Position numbers and translations under genes: made by a program | The notes under the pieces: generated by a model | What the model saw: the letters and a program-made list of their open reading frames with translations, nothing else | Database searches by the model: none | Told to the model about the DNA's origin: nothing | Assembly: GCA_964577825.1 (NCBI GenBank) | Contig: CAZOBJ010000006.1 | Span: 1-60,810, forward strand | Reading direction: 5' to 3' | DNA length: 60,810 nt | DNA from: an uncultured Planctomycetales bacterium | GTDB taxonomy: Bacteria > Planctomycetota > SZUA-567 > JAFGNG01 | Shown: piece by piece, positions 59,615-60,810 of the stretch | How positions within the stretch are numbered: the stretch's first letter is position 1 | Layout: each line of letters starts with the position of its first letter

Positions 59615-60810
59615 ATGACCCACGACCGCGCCGTGTTGCGCGAACTGGCTGCGCGCTACGCCGAGGTCGCCGCGTCTGCGGATATGGACCGCCGCCGGGC
59701 CCTGTGGCGCGATCTGCACGCCCTCCGGCCGGTCCGGCCGCCCATCTACGTGCGCGCATGCGCATGGAAGGAACTACGCGAGGTCCTGCCCGAGGCGGAG
59801 TGCGAGTGCCACGATCCCTGGCTGCGTGAGCATGAGGACTGGCTGCGGTACATGCTCTTCCGCAGCACGCTCGGCGACGACTGGGTGTTTGAACCCTACT
59901 ATCCTTTGCGGGCCGTGTTCACGCTGCACGATTCGGATCGGCGCTGGGGCCTGCCGCTGGGCAGACAGCGCCCCACACAGGCGGGCGGATCGTACAAGAT
60001 CGATCCAGCCCTCAAGTCCCCCGAAGACTTGCAGCGTCTGGACTCGTTCCCGGGCACCATCGACGAGACGGCAACCGAGCGTGCGTTTACACGGCTGTCC
60101 GAAACCTTCGGCGATGCCCTGCCCGTAGTGGTGGACCGGTCGCCCTTCTGGTGGCGGTGGCGAGGCGACCTGTCCGCGAACCTCGGATTCCTGCGGGGCA
60201 TCGATCATCTCATGCTCGACATGGTAGACCGGCCGGACTGGCTGCACGCGTTGATGGGACGCTTGCGCGACACCGTGCTTGCAAGCCATGACCGAGCCGA
60301 GGACGCGGGCGACTGGCAGGCAATGGCGAGCTTCAACCAGGCGGTCCCGTACGCGGAGGAGACCGCCCACGCGGCCCTTGGCGGGCAGCCGGTGCCTCGC
60401 AAGCGACTGTGGGCGTTTGCGGCCGCGCAAGAGTTGACCCTGGTGAGCCCCGCCATGCACGAGGAATTCATGCTTGCCTACCAGCGGCCCATCCTGGAGC
60501 GGTTTCGCTGGTCGGCCTATGGATGTTGTGAGGACCTGACCAACAAGATCGACATGCTCCGTTCGATCCGCAACCTGCGCCGCATCGCAGTCGCGCCGGT
60601 GGCCGACCCCGGCCGCTGCGCTCGCCAGGTGGGGGCGGAGTACGTCCTCTCCTATCGCCCCAGCCCTGCGGAGACTGTTTCCTGTGGGTGGCGTCCTGAG
60701 CGGGTGCGCGAACGGCTGCGCGCTGACCTCGCCTCCATGCGGGGATGCCGGATCGACATCACGCTCAAGGACGTGGAGACCGTAGAGCGCGACCCCGACC
60801 GGGTGCGGGC
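59615..60810 (+). CDS. URO-D/methyltransferase-like TIM-barrel hypothetical protein, 3' end runs off the window
   Basis: Not in the ORF track (no stop). My translation: MTHDRAVLRELAARYAE..., FLRGIDHLMLDMVDRPDWLH, VSPAMHEEF...YQRPI, YGCCEDL and DITLKDVET. Confidence 0.7.
   Translation, partial: MTHDRAVLRELAARYAEVAASADMDRRRALWRDLHALRPVRPPIYVRACAWKELREVLPEAECECHDPWLREHEDWLRYMLFRSTLGDDWVFEPYYPLRAVFTLHDSDRRWGLPLGRQRPTQAGGSYKIDPALKSPEDLQRLDSFPGTIDETATERAFTRLSETFGDALPVVVDRSPFWWRWRGDLSANLGFLRGIDHLMLDMVDRPDWLHALMGRLRDTVLASHDRAEDAGDWQAMASFNQAVPYAEETAHAALGGQPVPRKRLWAFAAAQELTLVSPAMHEEFMLAYQRPILERFRWSAYGCCEDLTNKIDMLRSIRNLRRIAVAPVADPGRCARQVGAEYVLSYRPSPAETVSCGWRPERVRERLRADLASMRGCRIDITLKDVETVERDPDRVR

Noticed and set aside
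1-60810. tRNA, rRNA, IS/transposase, integrase, prophage, CRISPR array, Sec/Pyl recoding
   Set aside because: None recognised by eye. Covariance-model searches (tRNAscan-SE, Infernal/Rfam) were not run, so small ncRNAs could be missed.

Overview
Very GC-rich bacterial chromosomal window (GC not computed). It is probably from an anaerobic diderm, plausibly PVC/Planctomycetota-like; this is inferred from gene content only. I support about 47 protein-coding genes and found no rRNA, tRNA, CRISPR array or mobile element. Most long ORFs in the supplied track are GC-rich shadow frames, and I trimmed many real starts to RBS-supported codons. Left to right: (1) a minus-strand operon of Gfo/Idh/MocA oxidoreductase, GNAT, class-III aminotransferase and a second Gfo/Idh/MocA. 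(2) trpE, then a membrane pyrophosphatase (hppA) with a terminator. (3) A DPM1-like GT2 fused to a methyltransferase-like domain, convergent with an ArnT-like GT-C. (4) An operon of small membrane protein, RACo/ASKHA corrinoid activator, lipoprotein, WecA/MraY-like transferase and a giant O-antigen-ligase/TPR protein. (5) ilvB, an inserted membrane gene, ilvN. (6) A plus-strand run: GNAT, double amidohydrolase, mtlD-like, aldo/keto reductase, RseC, hypothetical, nadB, dtd, Gfo/Idh/MocA. (7) A GH4 glycosidase plus a URO-D-family gene. (8) Two lipoproteins (TolB-like propeller; CsgG/TolB-N-like) divergent from a YjfB-like peptide and an orphan, remodelled FliD-like protein. (9) xth. (10) A GldA/GldF-GldG/DUF4340-like ABC system. 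(11) A histone-like/DksA fusion, tsaB, murJ and a GT4. (12) Antisense TPR and HU/IHF genes. (13) A translationally coupled, fusion-rich exopolysaccharide cluster: GT4-GT4, GT4-deacetylase, deacetylase, WcaJ-like PGT, and GT2 fused to a degenerate PGT. (14) A truncated URO-D-like gene with shifted codon usage. The best candidates for undescribed biology are the FliD-like/lipoprotein locus, the GT2/pseudo-PGT fusion, and the RACo plus URO-D/GH4 gene set. All functional calls come from reading motifs by eye; no database search was run.
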